Source: Octopus bimaculoides (Eukaryota). Taken from it: a stretch of DNA of 64,000 nt. Numbering within the stretch: position 1 is the stretch's first letter; the number at the start of each line of letters is the position of its first letter. Of the stretch, positions 9,589 through 24,300 are shown one piece after another. A program made the position numbers and the translations under genes. The DNA lies in assembly GCF_001194135.2 (NCBI RefSeq), contig NC_068994.1, positions 21,135,368-21,199,367 on the forward strand, written 5' to 3'. Below the pieces are notes generated by a model. That model did no database searches. It worked only from the letters and a program-made list of their open reading frames with translations, and was not told the DNA's origin.

Positions 9589-12500
9589 GGTTGGCCAAAA
9601 GTCACGCACCAAAACCGTCGATGTTTATATTATTTTATCATCGTTATTATTTTTTAGACATTGCACAGTATTCAATATCATGATGTTGTTGATTGAAAAT
9701 ATTGTGTCTACTGGGGTTCATATTGTCTGTCAAGTCACAACAAGGACCCCAGACAGACTACTTTACACAATATGCATGCAGTTCCAAGTAATGCCGATTT
9801 TTGCAATATGCCTAGATTGTAGGGTATTTCTACTTTCCAGATGTTTTTTTTCACATTGGGTGGTATTGAACGCAATGCTCCAGTAACAATAGGGATAACC
9901 TTTATGTTTGACTCTCGTAGCTGCCACATCTTAGCGATCTCAATTATCAGGTCTCCATATTTATCAGTCTTTTCTCTGGCACTGCCATGTCGAATATTAG
10001 GCACTCTTGTTTGTCCCTCCTAAAGGTTACTATATCCAGCCTTCAGTGCTCTAACGCCTTATCTGCCTGGAAGTCAAAGTCCCAGAAGTCTTTTGCCTTC
10101 CCCTTTTCATCCATTACCTTTTCTGGTGTATGTTGATATCAAGCACCTGTTACTTCATGTCCATACTTCCAGCATAGTAGCCAGTGAAGGTTTTGGGCTA
10201 TCTTGTCACATCTGTCCTTTATGCTTTCTGTACAAAACTTTCTCAAGCACTAACAATGTAAGTCATACTTTCGACCCTATTCCCACACATTCAGCAGAGG
10301 TTCGTTGCACTTGTGTGGTATATATCCCTTTTCACTGAGTTGGTATTCAATGCCTGATCCTGGGCAGCAAGGATTAGGCTTTCAGTATTTTTTTTTAGGT
10401 CACCCTTGCTGAGCCACCTCCATGATGCTTCCTGGTCTTTTAAGTTGTTAGTTTCATGGTGGAACTCACCATGTGATTCCATGCAGAGTAGGGTTTCTTC
10501 TCTTGTTGGCTGTTCATGATCAGAATTCATGAGCACTCTCAAGTCCATTTTTGGTAAATCCTTCTGCATTAGCAGCATACTGTAGCAAGTCTTATTTGCT
10601 GTTTACCAAATATTCTGCCATGTTACTTCTTTCACTGTTGATGCACTCCCATATGCTAATCAGCCCATGTTCACCTTTACCCTTCTTCATGTAGAGCCTG
10701 TGTACATTCACCTTAGGGTGGAGGACACCATACATTGTCATTGTCTTTTGGGTAGTGCGATTGAGTTGGTTAATCTCCGCTTGTGTCCATTTCAGGATGG
10801 ATGCACTATAGTGGACTACAGCAACAGCCCATTTATTGATGGCAGTCACAAGGTTCCTTGAGTTGAGTTTTAATTTCAAGAGAAGTTTGAGGCACTTGAA
10901 ATATGCAGTGATGACCTTGTCTTTCATTTCTCTGTGCAAGATATTGTCCAGTTCCAGGATCCCAAGGTACTTGTACCCATCATCATCCGGGTCTTCCATT
11001 TTCTCTCCATTTGGCAATTCTATGCCCCTACAATCTGTTCTTTTCTCCTACTTCAAAATGAGCACCACACACATCGAGATACCAAATTCCATCCCTATAT
11101 CTTTGTTGCACATCTGCACAGTCTCAACCAGCCTCTCCATTGCAGGCTCTATTTTTGCAAACAGTTTTCAATCATCCATGAAGAGAAGGTGGTTGAGACA
11201 AGGCTCATTCTTTCTCAGCTCATAGTGCGCATTGACTTTGTGTAAGACTATAGAAAGTGGGATCACGGCTATAATGAATAACAAAGGTGAACAAGAGTCA
11301 CCCCTGGAAGATACCTCTTTTGATTATTACCTTGGCTAAGTGCTAGTTGTTACAGAAAAGACATGTTTTCCAACTAGGCATGCTGTTCTTAATCAGTGCA
11401 CACACATTCTCAACTATTCCACACATGTCGAGTGTTTCCAAAATCCACGAATGCAGCAACATGTAAGCCTTTTTGAAGTCTATCCAGGCCATGCACAAGT
11501 TTTTTTGGTACTGTTTACAGTTCTTCATTACAACCTTGTCTATCATAAGGTGGTCCTTGGATCCTTTTCAGCATCCCTTTTGTTCTGCTGGGAGTAGATT
11601 GTTTACTGCAAAGAACGTATATATTTTCCCTACGAGGATGCCTGTTAACACTTTCCATAGGAGGTTAGGACAAGCAATAGGTCGGTAATTACCAACCTCA
11701 TTGCCTTTTGACTGATTTTTCATCAATGATGTTGTCTTTCCCTCTACAATCTACTCTGGAACTGCACTGCTCTGTAGGCAGTTGTCTAATTGCAATGCAA
11801 TTTGCTTGTGTGTTGACCTAAACCACGTCTTGCTGCATTCGTGGATTTTGGAAACTCTCGACATGTGTGGAATAGTTGAGAATGTGTGTGCACTGATAAA
11901 GAACAGCATGCCTAGTTGGAAAACATGTCTTTTCTGTAACAACTAGCACTTAGCCAAGGTAATAATCAAAAGAAATATCTTCCAGGGGTGACTCTTGTTC
12001 ACCTTTGACTTCTATCTGGTCCTGACACTTTCCAGTTCGGCAGTCTCTCAAATACCTGTGCAATTACATTTTCCGCTGTTATGCGCCAGTCGTGGAACCT
12101 CCAGGTGATGGAGTTCAGATCTCACAGAACGAATCCACTCAGCATCATGGTTGTGGGAAACATTATTATTATAGCAGCAAGCTGGCAGAATCGTTAGCCC
12201 ACCAGGCGAAATGCTTGGTGGCATTTTGTCTGTCTTTATGTTCTGAGTTCAAATTTTGCCAAGGTCAACTTTGCTTTTCATCCTTTAGGGGTTGATAAAA
12301 TAAGTACCAGTTGAGTACTGGAGTTGATGTAATCAACAATCCCCCTCCCCAAAATTTCAGGCCTTGTGCCTATAGTAGAAAGAATTATTATTATACATTT
12401 TGTTCATCGTGTACAAGTATACATGTATTCATCATATATGTGTGTGTATATATATATATATATATATACGCGTGTGTGTGTGTATATATATATATGTATA

Positions 12501-15500
12501 TATCTTGGGCATAATATGGAAATTTTGAAATAGGAAATGAATATGGTATTAGACTACCAGCTCATAAATTTTGAGTTCGCATGCATTTCATTTGGGCTGT
12601 GCATTTCTGCATATTTCAAATCAATGAACTGTTAGGAATAAATACCAGATAGTCTGTAGATATTATCCAAATTAGTCCAGAACTCATTCTGAGAGAAGAT
12701 TCATCTTTTGATTTCTTATTAATATGAACCTATGGACCAGAGATAAGCACAAGTGCTGAGGAGTTCTCATTTAGAGCATATTATCTAATACTGTATGTAA
12801 TTTTTACCTTCAAATCTAGTTTCTTAATTTAAATGGCTTAGTATAAATGCCTTAAAGCCAGCTTCTGATTTTAATGGAATGATGAAGATATAGTGTGGAA
12901 GAGTGAAGATTATTGCATTTTTATACTTATTTTAGAATTTATTATTGTGCAGAATGCTGGTTTGTATGCATAGGAAAGTTGAATGTTGTTAAAGCAATAG
13001 GTATATACTGTGCAAATGTGTACAATACAGGTCTATGCTGATGCAGAATTATTGAGGAAGCTATTTACTGTACATTTCAGGACAGAATATTGTTCAACGG
13101 CTGCGAGAAAAGCTCTACTCTTCATTGCTGCGGCAAGAAATTGGATTTTTTGATAACACAAAAAGTGGAGAGCTTGTGAATCGCTTAGCCAATGATACTG
13201 CTCTCATTGGTCAATCTCTAACTGGGAATATTTCAGATGGTTTGCGATCCATCTGTCAGGCTGTTGGAGGCTTGGCTATGATGGTACGTATTTTATTTGA
13301 TTTCAAAGACAACATTATATCAGTTGTTAGTTATGAGAATTGTTGTTGATAGGATTATTAAACCACATCGTCACAATGTTGTAGTGTTTATTACATACAT
13401 AATAATTTCCTTTTACAGGTTTATGTTTCCCCTCAGCTGTCTCTAGCATCCATGCTGGTAGTGCCACCTATTGCCATGGTGGCAATTGTCTATGGTCGCT
13501 ATGTAAAAAAAATTACGACTGATGTACAAACTTCACTGGCAAACAGCAGCAATGTAAGTAGAATACCAATGTTGCCTTATTAGTACACAGGGCATTTGTG
13601 GGGTGAAAAAACATGAGGAAAAGCAAATACATCAAATAGAAAAAACAATACATTCGTAGAAGACATAGTGTACACATGTCCAAGAAACAAGTCATTTAAA
13701 AAAAACTGCCTACGGTCCCAGTGACAATTTTAATATGGCCATAGAAGTGACTGCATACCACTTTCACTACAGCAGCCCCTGACAATTCCTTTACATTGTA
13801 CTTTGCCACCCATACAGACAATAGTAGAGGAGATTCAAATCAGGAGAACTAGGAGGCCAAATGAAAGTTGGGAGTCACAAGATCACATGGTTCACTCGGG
13901 TCTTGCTGAACATGAATTGCTCTCTCCTCATCACATAGGACTTCTGCCCAATGTCCTTCTGCACTGCTTATCTGATAGTTGACTTCACCATCGTGAACAA
14001 TGATTCTAATAGATGTACTCTGATGACACCTGATTACTGAGAATGTTTCTTGGTCATGGATATTCTTACCAGAGGCTTTCAACTCTTTCTCAAACTTCAA
14101 CACAAAGAATCCAGCCGCATTCAGAAAACTGGCAGTTTCTGGGTTTCTGTGGTTGGTGGCTAGGGTCGCACACACGGTATACCTTTTTTTTATTTTCTAT
14201 GCTAGATTGGAATTTGTTTTATTGCTCTTGTTGTTACTTTTGAAAGAGAAACGAAAATGTTAAAATTTAATGTATGCTGCCAATCCTTATGTTAGGTCAT
14301 CTTCCATTTGTGGCATCCTAGATTTTGTTCACAAATGCCTTTTGCACCCTGTGTGTGTGTGTATTTATATTTATAAGAAGAGAGTGTGTGTATAAGTGTG
14401 TTACATTCCAATGGGCATCCAGTGCCCATTTTTCAACTGTTTATTAACATAAACCAGAATTAAATGCCAGTACTAGGTAGACATTCTCATTTAGAGCACA
14501 AAACCACTGATAAGTTATGACATTTTTACCTTCAGTTTAGTTCCTTAATTTTAAGTGCCTGACCATTTTCTTTTCTTAGACAGATGAAGTGGGGAAGGAT
14601 ATGGACAAGTAGTTAATAAACCATAAGGTCCCAGATTTGATCCCATTAATGACATCTTGTTTCAGTATTTTCAACCATAGCCTTGGGTCAACCCAAGCCT
14701 TATGAGTGAAACTGAGGAGATGAATACTCTGTTGGGGTCTGTTGGAATAACTGTACTTATAATTCAAAGAGTTGGCTTTCTCATACTTATTCTGCATGAA
14801 GACTATATCAAAGATACATGCGTCTGAAATTCTCAGCCACATATATGCTGATACACTGAATAAGTGGAATACTCATCAGAACTGAGAGAGAATCCATTTG
14901 TTTTATTTACTTATTTTTCAGTACATTTAAGTTTGGATTTCATGACAAACATAGTAAGGGCATTAAACCAAATATTTTACACTTGTACTATACCTCTAGC
15001 AAAAACACAACGGCGCATCGTATTCAGCTCATATGTAATCGATATCACATCAACTCACCAAAATGTGAGGGTTTGTTGGATGGATTGTAGATGTTGGGTC
15101 ACCAGAATGTAATGGATGTTGGGGGTGTAGATGCAGTGGTGATTAGAATAAGTAATGAGAAATAGCAGTTAAATTGGCTTTTATTTTTGCTGTTACAATA
15201 TACCCAACTACTTCAAGCTGTTAATATATGAAAATTGTTGTCCATTGTGTAGGTAACTGTGGTCATGATAGTTTAGTACTACATGGTCAAAGGGAAAGGA
15301 AAGTAGAAGAAACATGTTACCTGTGACAGTCATGAGTAAAAAGTGTAAGAGAAACAAGTGTTCTCTTTCTAACAGCATTGAGGACATAAGGCAAGGAAGT
15401 ACCTCTGCCAAAATGCCAGGTAAAAAGAGGGAAAATTCTATTTAGTGTTCTGTATTTATAATAATTTCTTGCTAAAGTAGATCAGGAGAACAAAGGATTT

Positions 15501-18252
15501 TTCATTGGTTATCTAGGTTGAACGGAGTTTGACACAAGAAGGTCAGGAAGTTGACAGTTGACTCTCATAAATCTTCAAGTGCATTTCAAAAGAACAAAGG
15601 AAAGAAGCTAGCTGAAACATTTAGGCTGAGGTTTCAATTCCTGCTTGAGAGTCCAGGAACTAACTGGTTCACATAAATAGTTCTTTCATGGAGAGGCACA
15701 GTTTAAATCTGTAAGCAAGAGGGCATTGTACAAGTAACAACTGTTTTAACTAACAATGTTGAACAAAAATATGTTTTATGGATATGTCTCAACTACTTTA
15801 CACTACAAAAAATTGCACACTATCTACTAGAATGAGTGTCTTCAAAGTTAAAATAGTATGCTGAAATTAGGTTCAATAAAAGCTACTCCTTCACTCCCAA
15901 TGAAATAGTCACTTTTTGATCCATTTTTATTCTGAAGCAGTCACCATCTTAACAATTTATTGATAGAATTACATGAACTCATTCTTCCCCACCCAGAAAA
16001 CTGAAACATTTATGATCATCATGTATGTATATATATATTTTTTATGTCTCCCTTATCTTTATCCTTTCTTTTATTTCTTATCTCAGGTGGCCAATGAGCG
16101 CTTCAATAATATGCGTACTGTACAGTCATTTGTGCAGGAAAATCTAGAGACTGATTTATACAATTGCAAATTAGAAAGTGTTTTATCACTCCTTAGGAGA
16201 GAGGCTCGAGCAAAAGCTTTATTCTTTGGTTTTGTGAGTATCCTTGTAAAACTTTCTTTGCCTTTTCATGGGTTGTTCTGTATCAGTATGCATTGGAAAA
16301 TAGCAAGTGTATAGTGAAGAAATAAGCTCCCAGCAAGCCGTGTCTATTATATAGTTTCAGCTTTTAATTGTAGCCATTTCATTAATGTCTACCAATGCAA
16401 TTTAGAAAGATTTTCTCTTCTCTCTAAAATATGTGTCTAGTCAAAAAAGAAACCAATATGTGTTCTGAATGTGGTGTCTGTTGATGTAGTACAGAAAGTT
16501 GATAGTAGATTAGATGCTTAAAAATTATAATTATCCAGTGCCTCTTATTTCTGAACTCAAATTAACTTTGTATTTCATCCCTCAGGTAATTGTCCATTCA
16601 ATCTAAAAGCTTTTCCTAATATAGCTAAGAGATTCCTGATACTAATTTCCCTAGAACTCAGAGATATCATAAACTCTTTAATCACCATAATGTCAAGGTT
16701 AGCTACTCATGTTTAGATAACGTTGCATGCTATAACAGATGCAAATGCATACCTTCACAGACTTCACCCCACACACCAACATGTTACTGTTGAAATCCTA
16801 CCAACAGTCAGAAATCCTGCCTCTCAAAAGCTGTGGCCTATAGAACTACACTCACTACACAGGCATGACAGCTGTTGACTTTAAGAGAAGACACATACAC
16901 CCTTTCAGCTTGTAAATACAGAGAAGACCTCCACCTCCCTATCTGGAAACTCTGGGACCACAGAAACCATGGCAGTAAAACAAACACATGTGCTGAACTG
17001 ACCACCAGAGACCTAAATACTCTCATCTAGAAGACATTTCAAACTTTTAAAAATTCTTTCTACTCATCTAATCTAAACATTTGATGATATGGACCTGTTG
17101 CCACAAAACTTTATGTAATGTGAAGCTGAGTGAAACTGTTATAACATACATGCAACCTCAATCAAATGCCTTGAGTACTACTTTCTGTATGTTCACTCAG
17201 ATACATACATACTTACTTCACCCATTCTGCTCTTGAATTCTCTTGAATTATGATTTGAACTACTAGTAAGTACCTTCAGTAATTAAAGCGGATGGAACTT
17301 GTGGAAGAGGGAGACCCAGGAAGACATGAAATGAAGTATTGAAAGCTAATCTCAAGATTCTTGCGGAGGAGGTAACAAAGGACTGAGATATCTGGCAAAT
17401 TGATGTACTCCAGGAGAGCTGTCGGCCACAGCAGATTTGATATCCTAAAACCACCTTGGTGATACTTGTCCACGAGGGACTCTGTCCCACCCTCACTTCT
17501 GTCCTTTCTGATTTATGATCCATAATTGTATCCTCCAATATATATATAAACTTCTCTGCCTGACAGTAGACACCGTAATTCATCCCCCTGAACCCCACCT
17601 TAATCCACCTAGTAGCAATAATACAACCCTTAGAAACTCTGAGGACTATGATGAATAAGAGGGGGCTGAGGGCTGATCCTTGGTGGACCCCTACTTCTAC
17701 TCGGAATTCTTCACCATACTCATTTCCAATCCTAACTCTACTAACAGCATCTAAGTATAGGGTGTGTACAACCCTTATTAACCATTCTTCATGGTTACCA
17801 AGATAATCTACTACAATAATACTCTTGTGTTTATGAATGAGAAAGGAAGGGGTGATAGATGAATAATGAAGGAAGGGGTGATGTCATACTTGGTAGTGGG
17901 ATGATGAAAATTGTACGCTGAAAAAATCAAAGAGCGTTTCAACTCTGTGAATATATGTATGTGTATGTAAAAGTGGGGTATGTGAATAAGTGTGTGTGTG
18001 CATGTGCGCACGCAATGGAAGTGGGATGGTTCATCTTTGTTCACTTAGTATTTGGGTTTATTGTTTGATTTGGTTGAATCTTGGTTGTTTTTTCTTTTGT
18101 TGGTCATTTATTTCTAGCATTTTGACAGAAAAAAGTCATTCTGAAATTGTTTTTTAACGTAAGCATACCCAAACACATCAAATGCTTAAACAGAGCATGT
18201 TTTACAGCCACATCATCCAAACCGACCAGGTGAAACCGAGCTTAGCTACTAG

Positions 18253-18286
<34 letters not shown>

Positions 18287-18300
18287 TACATATATATACC

Positions 18301-18346
<46 letters not shown>

Positions 18347-21300
18347 TATACCTATATATATATATATATATATNNNNNNNNNNATACATATATGTATATA
18401 TACCTATATAAACAGGTGTTTATAAGATCCCTATGGATCACACAGGTTGTAATCCTTTGAAACATATGTAGGAATAAAGTATATATATATATATATATAT
18501 ATGTAACTGAAATTGAAAGTTTTTCTTTTTAGTCTGGGTTTTCAGGCAACCTTGTGGTGTTATCGGTGTTCTATTATGGTGGTATTATGATGACTGAATC
18601 TCAGCTCACTGTTGGCGAACTATATACATTTTTAGTATATGCAGTCTATGTTGGAATTTCCATGGGAGGTAAGTGGATTATTACTGTTAATTTGTTTAGG
18701 GCCACATTTGATATGAATAGTGTGACCTACTGTCAGTTCCAAGTTGTACTTATTTCACTTAATGTGTTAATGCATTTGGGGGAGTTTATCAAATTCATTC
18801 TGCTATCACCTCAGATCAGTAGTGCTCTTTATTATTTAGAGTGTGATTAAAGGAATTGATTTTGTCACATTAATGCCTTGACTGAATAAAGTGCTGCTCT
18901 TTTTTGCTATTTTTTGAAATGTACTCAATGCTTTTCCCTTTCTCCTCTTTTTGGCTTGCTGGGTCAGTGTTTATCTCTAGTGTCCCTGATATTAGAGAGG
19001 TAAATATCAATAGAGAGACGAATGTCTTCTTGGATATTTTAAGTTAATATTTCATATAGAAGAAGGCGGAGAGTTGGCAGGATCATTAGCACACTGGGCA
19101 AAATGCTTAGCATTATTTCATCCATCTTTACATTCTCAATTCAAATTCCACTTACGTCAACTTTCATCCTTTCAGGGTTGATGAAATAAGTATTAGTTGA
19201 GCATTGGGATTGATGTAATCAATTTATTCCACCCCCACTCTGCAACACCACCCTATCCCACCACCCGAGATTTCTGGCCTTGTGCCAAAATTTGAAACCA
19301 ATATTTCATGTAGAAGAATTTAACTCAGTAGTTCAGGTTAACAGATGGCTCACTTTTCCATTTTACAGTGCTACTGTTGTTTACATTGTAATGAACTGAT
19401 AAGGGAACCTTTATGTGATCACCCAATCTGTTAGAAAAAGCAGCCAATTCCCTCAAACCATTCCTTATTGTATTGGGAAAGGAATCCATGTATTGGATAA
19501 TGTAAGCTTTCATGCCCTTAAAAAGTCTGATGATCATAGATCTGCTTCTTCAGGATTGACTTAGGACTAAAAGAGCAACAACCTATTGGAGCCTCTATGT
19601 GAGTGTTCAAGTTGCTAGAAATAGCAGCCAAATTTCCTTTGAACAACACTGTATCATCTATATTTACTAGATAATGTATGTGTGTCTTTGAGAAAAATAT
19701 AAATGTCACATATAAATTCAAAGTTTCATGTTTCAGGTATCACCACTTTTTACTCTGAACTTATGCGAGGAATTGGCGCCAGCACAAGAGTGTGGGAACT
19801 TTTGGATCGACAACCCAGCATTGAGCACACTGGTAAGTTTTATTTAGTATTAGTAATCTCATTGTTGTGGCGACAGTATAACACCCCCTGACAAGAATAG
19901 ACAGGACCACTACATATAAATAGTAGCGGTCTGATGTAGTCGGCAGTTCATAGCTTGGTCTTCGAAGTCCACGTACAGTGTACAGTTCGAGTTAGTGTGT
20001 TGCAAATATTGATTGTTGGTTCATTATATGTTTGTTACTGCTGCTGCTTCTATTTTGTATTGTTATAACACTGTTACAGTGTATTCTTTATCTATCGTCA
20101 ACAATATCAACTGTACAATATTGGTGGCATAAGGATATATCTTCTGGCAACGAGGATTGTTTGAAACTTACATAGGTTATTTGACAATTTGTGCATCATA
20201 CAAAATTGTTAAATTATTGAGAACCTATCAGCTGCAGTAATACAGCTTCAAGAGAAGCAACAGGAACAACAACAGTTAAGTGAGTTACAGCCAAGGAAGT
20301 CTGAAAATTCTGTAAGTTTGTTTACGTCAGATGGCATGGTGAATTCAATTTCTGAATTCACTTATAATTCAGAGGAGGGTATTATGTTTCCTGCATACTA
20401 TTGAAGGTACAAGGAAATTTTTAACAAAAATTTCAAGTCATGGTCGTTTGAGGAGAAAGTGAGGCTATAACTATGCAAGGTAGCTCTGGCTGAGCATGAA
20501 CGCTACTGTACCTTTATATTGCCCAAAAAGTTGAGTGAGATTTGTTTCAAAGAAACTATTGAATTACTCTCAAAGATCTTTTGTGACAAAAGTTTGTTAT
20601 TTAACACTCGAATAATATGCTAGAACTTAACAAAAAATTACAATGATGACTTTATTACATACGCTGGAGTAGTCAACCACATGTGTGAAAACTTTAAACT
20701 TCAGGAACTCACTCAGGATATGTTTAAATCCCTTATCTTCATACAAGGCTTTGCATCAACTGAGAAATTTGGCAAGGATTCTCTCAAAAATGGAGCAAGC
20801 AAACCAAGACTTAACCGTACAGACCATTCCAGAAGAATGTCAAACAATGGTAAACCTAAAGTAAGACATGAAAAAAATTCAAGAGAAAGATTCTGCAAAA
20901 ATAAAAATGTGTTGACCTGGAAAGTTCAACCAAAAACGAGTTTCAGGCCCCAATCCATTTTACAGCTGTAGGAGCCTACACTTCAGAAAGAGTATCCGTT
21001 TAAAAACCGAAAATGCTATAGTTGTCAGAAACTTGGTCGCAAAAGCTTCACTGCAGGAGACGATTATGAGGGTCGAATGCAAAAAGTTCTAAGTTGTTTT
21101 CAGCAGGAAGTGAATGTGACACAAAAACAAGAAAATTTGTACCCCCACCCAACATGTCACCTATCAGGATAGTGTCACTATTTTCAAAAGTTTAATAACA
21201 AGGCTTTAAATTATAAGCAATATTTCCGTGAATTTAGAACAGCCTAGTAACAAATGTTAAACTACAATCTGTGTGATTTCTGAAAACAAAATATGGTTAT

Positions 21301-24300
21301 AAGATATTGAAATCAAATGTCCTTCCTACCCATGAAAAATTGTACAAACCATGTGCTCACAAAAACCATTGCAGCTTGCGTGGAGATGCGGATGAGAGGC
21401 TAGTCTTTTTTTTAGTAGGCCTTGATCATACTCTGCGTCAGTTTTTACATATATATAATTTTAAAGTTTTTAACTTTACAACTTATGTCTCTTTACAATG
21501 TTCTAATTACAGATTGGTCAAGGATGTCCCCTGGGTGGCAACCACTGTGAACTGCTGGTCAGCCCACAACAAATCCTATCTGGGAATGACGGCATACTGG
21601 CTGCATGGGACAACACGCTGTCCTGGCCTGCTCTCAGCTCAGAGGACATCACACCTTTGATGTTCTCATCCAGGCCTTGATGGACATCCATTACAAGTTC
21701 CGTCTGCTAGACAAGGTGACCAGGACTGTGACAGACAATGACAAAAACTTTGTCAAGGCATTTATGCAGTTTGGTACAGAAATTGAACTCTTGACAGACA
21801 TTCCTGAGGTTGCTGCTGATCTGGACATGGAGTGTGTTGAGGATGTGGACCTGCATGTAGATCCCAAGGCTTGGGATATTGACGAAGCTGAGTACATCTC
21901 TGTTGATGCTGTCCTTGACAAGTCCAGCAGCCTAGGCCTCAACTTGCCAGTACACATGAAGTGCGCAGCCCATACCTTCAACCTGGTAGCCAGTGTGAAT
22001 ACCAACAAGGCTCTTGACAGTGCTTTGTTCAAGTTGGCATACAGGAAGGCCATGTCCAAAGGGACAGTAGCTGTGGAATCTGCAGAGCCACATACAGTGG
22101 CAGCAGACAGTATTCTGGATGCGTTAAAGAGGAGGCTGGTGGTCCCCAACAGTACCAGATGGAACTCTACCTATGACTCTGTTGCTGTCCACAGAGTGAT
22201 GACACAACTGAAGCTACAGACCTTCACTGATTCTGATGTCGGCTTCCTGACAGAGTACGACCAGGTGATGTCTAATGTTGGCAAGGCCTTGGATAAAATC
22301 CAATGGGAGGACCAGGCCTATCACAGGAGCCTTCTGCCAACTGTAGCAGCTACCATCATGAAGTTGAAGGCAGCTAAATTCAAACATCTGTACTGCAGTC
22401 CTCTGGTAGGTATCACGTAAAGGTTTGAGCTCCTCCTGGAAGACTTGGAGTGCCAGCTGGCCACTGCCTTCCACCCCAAGTTTTGCCTGTTCTGGCTGGA
22501 GCAGTATAATAACAGCCAGGTTAGCAGAGTAACGAACGCCATGGAGGTCATCGTAGATACAGCCCTAATGGAGATCAATGAAGAGGGCAGCAGCACCACC
22601 AGCAATGAGGATGAGGAACATAATTTCTTCAGCAGCATCACTCGGTTCCAGGGGAGCAGGAGCTACAGGTCACTGAAGTCCAAGGCACAGAACTTGGTGA
22701 AGACCTGGCTGAAGGCCATCTCGAAGGAGGTCCATACTGAAGTTGCCTTTTTTAAGTGAGCAGGTCTTGATCAACCTGTTCACCAAGTATAACATTGCCA
22801 TCCCATCCACTGCTGCAGTTGAGGGTCTATTCTCTATAGACAAAGATATTTTGAGGACCAAGAGAGCCACCCTGTCAGATGATAACTTTGAGAGGCTGAT
22901 GTTTATGAAGGGCAACCAGCATCATGTCAAAGCAATGGAGAAGGCCCAGCCAGAGTAGTGCACCTTGATCCTCATCTGTTCTATGCTATACTATACCTTT
23001 TTGATTTGTTTAATACATTTTCTACAGTAAATAAAGTCTATGTTATCTGAAAAACTAATGTTTAATTTCATTTGTTCATTTAATTATTTGCATACTCCTT
23101 CATCATCTGATCTTGGCATGCTGTACCTTTTTGGAAAGCTCTATGTCTAAGCTACAACATGAACATTTCAGCTCTATAGGTCTATTTTCAAGGGTTTTAG
23201 AGCGAAAAAAACAAGCTAAAGCTAAATTTATATGATAGAAGTTAGCAGTTAGTGTTAGCATCCGCTAGTTTATTTACCTGTTTAGCAATTTAGTGTTTGC
23301 AAAGTTAATTTTTTAGTTTCATGTATTAGCGTTTAGTGAAGCTGACTTTTTGGTTAGCTATGCCCACCTCTGGATTAAAACTTCATGCACTGATAATCCA
23401 TTATCTAATATCTATTCACTTCAACCATTTAAATTTTACTCTATCAGAATAGGTCAGATGTTTTCAGAAATTCATATTCGTGCATTTAATTTATTGGATA
23501 TATACAGGGGTTGGACAAAATAAAGGAAACACCTTAGAATTTCAAACAAATTTATTTTAATATGGGATAGGACCGCCTTTGACAGTAATTACAGCTTCAA
23601 TTCTACGAGGTATGAACTTGTACAAAGTTTGAATTGTTTCCAAAGGAATTTTTGTCCATTTTTCAACTAAAACAGTCTCCAGTTCTTGTAGCGATGATGA
23701 TGGAGGATATCAACTCCTTACTTGTTTTTCTAAAATGCACCATAAATGTTCAATAATATTGAGATCTGGGACTGTGGTGGCCAGATAAGATGTTCAACTT
23801 CACTAGAATGTTCCTCTTGCCATTCAATAACAACTTTAGCTGTGTGAATTGGTTCATTATCATCCTAAAAGATTGCGATTCTCTTTGGAAACAGTTCCAC
23901 AACCATAGGATGATTTTGGTCAGATGAAATACTTAAATGGTCTTGGCTGTTAATTCTGCCATGAAGGGAGACCATTGGGCCAGCAGATTGCCAAGACATA
24001 GCCCCCAGATCATCACAGATCCTCCTCTATGTTTAACAGTTGGAAGAAGGCAGTCTAGGTCAAATGCTTCTTTTGGCTGTCTCCACACGTATCCTCGGCC
24101 AGTGGTCGGAAATAAGATAAAGAATGACTCGTCCAAGAAAATATCATTCTTCCACTGCTCTAGGGACTATTTCTGTAGGTTTTTTACTCCACTCTAAACG
24201 CTTTGCAACATTTGTGTTTGAAAGTAGTGGTTTTCTGATTGTAGCCCTCCCGTGAAATCCAGCTTTGTGCAGCTCCCAGTGAACAGTTTTTGTAGAAACT

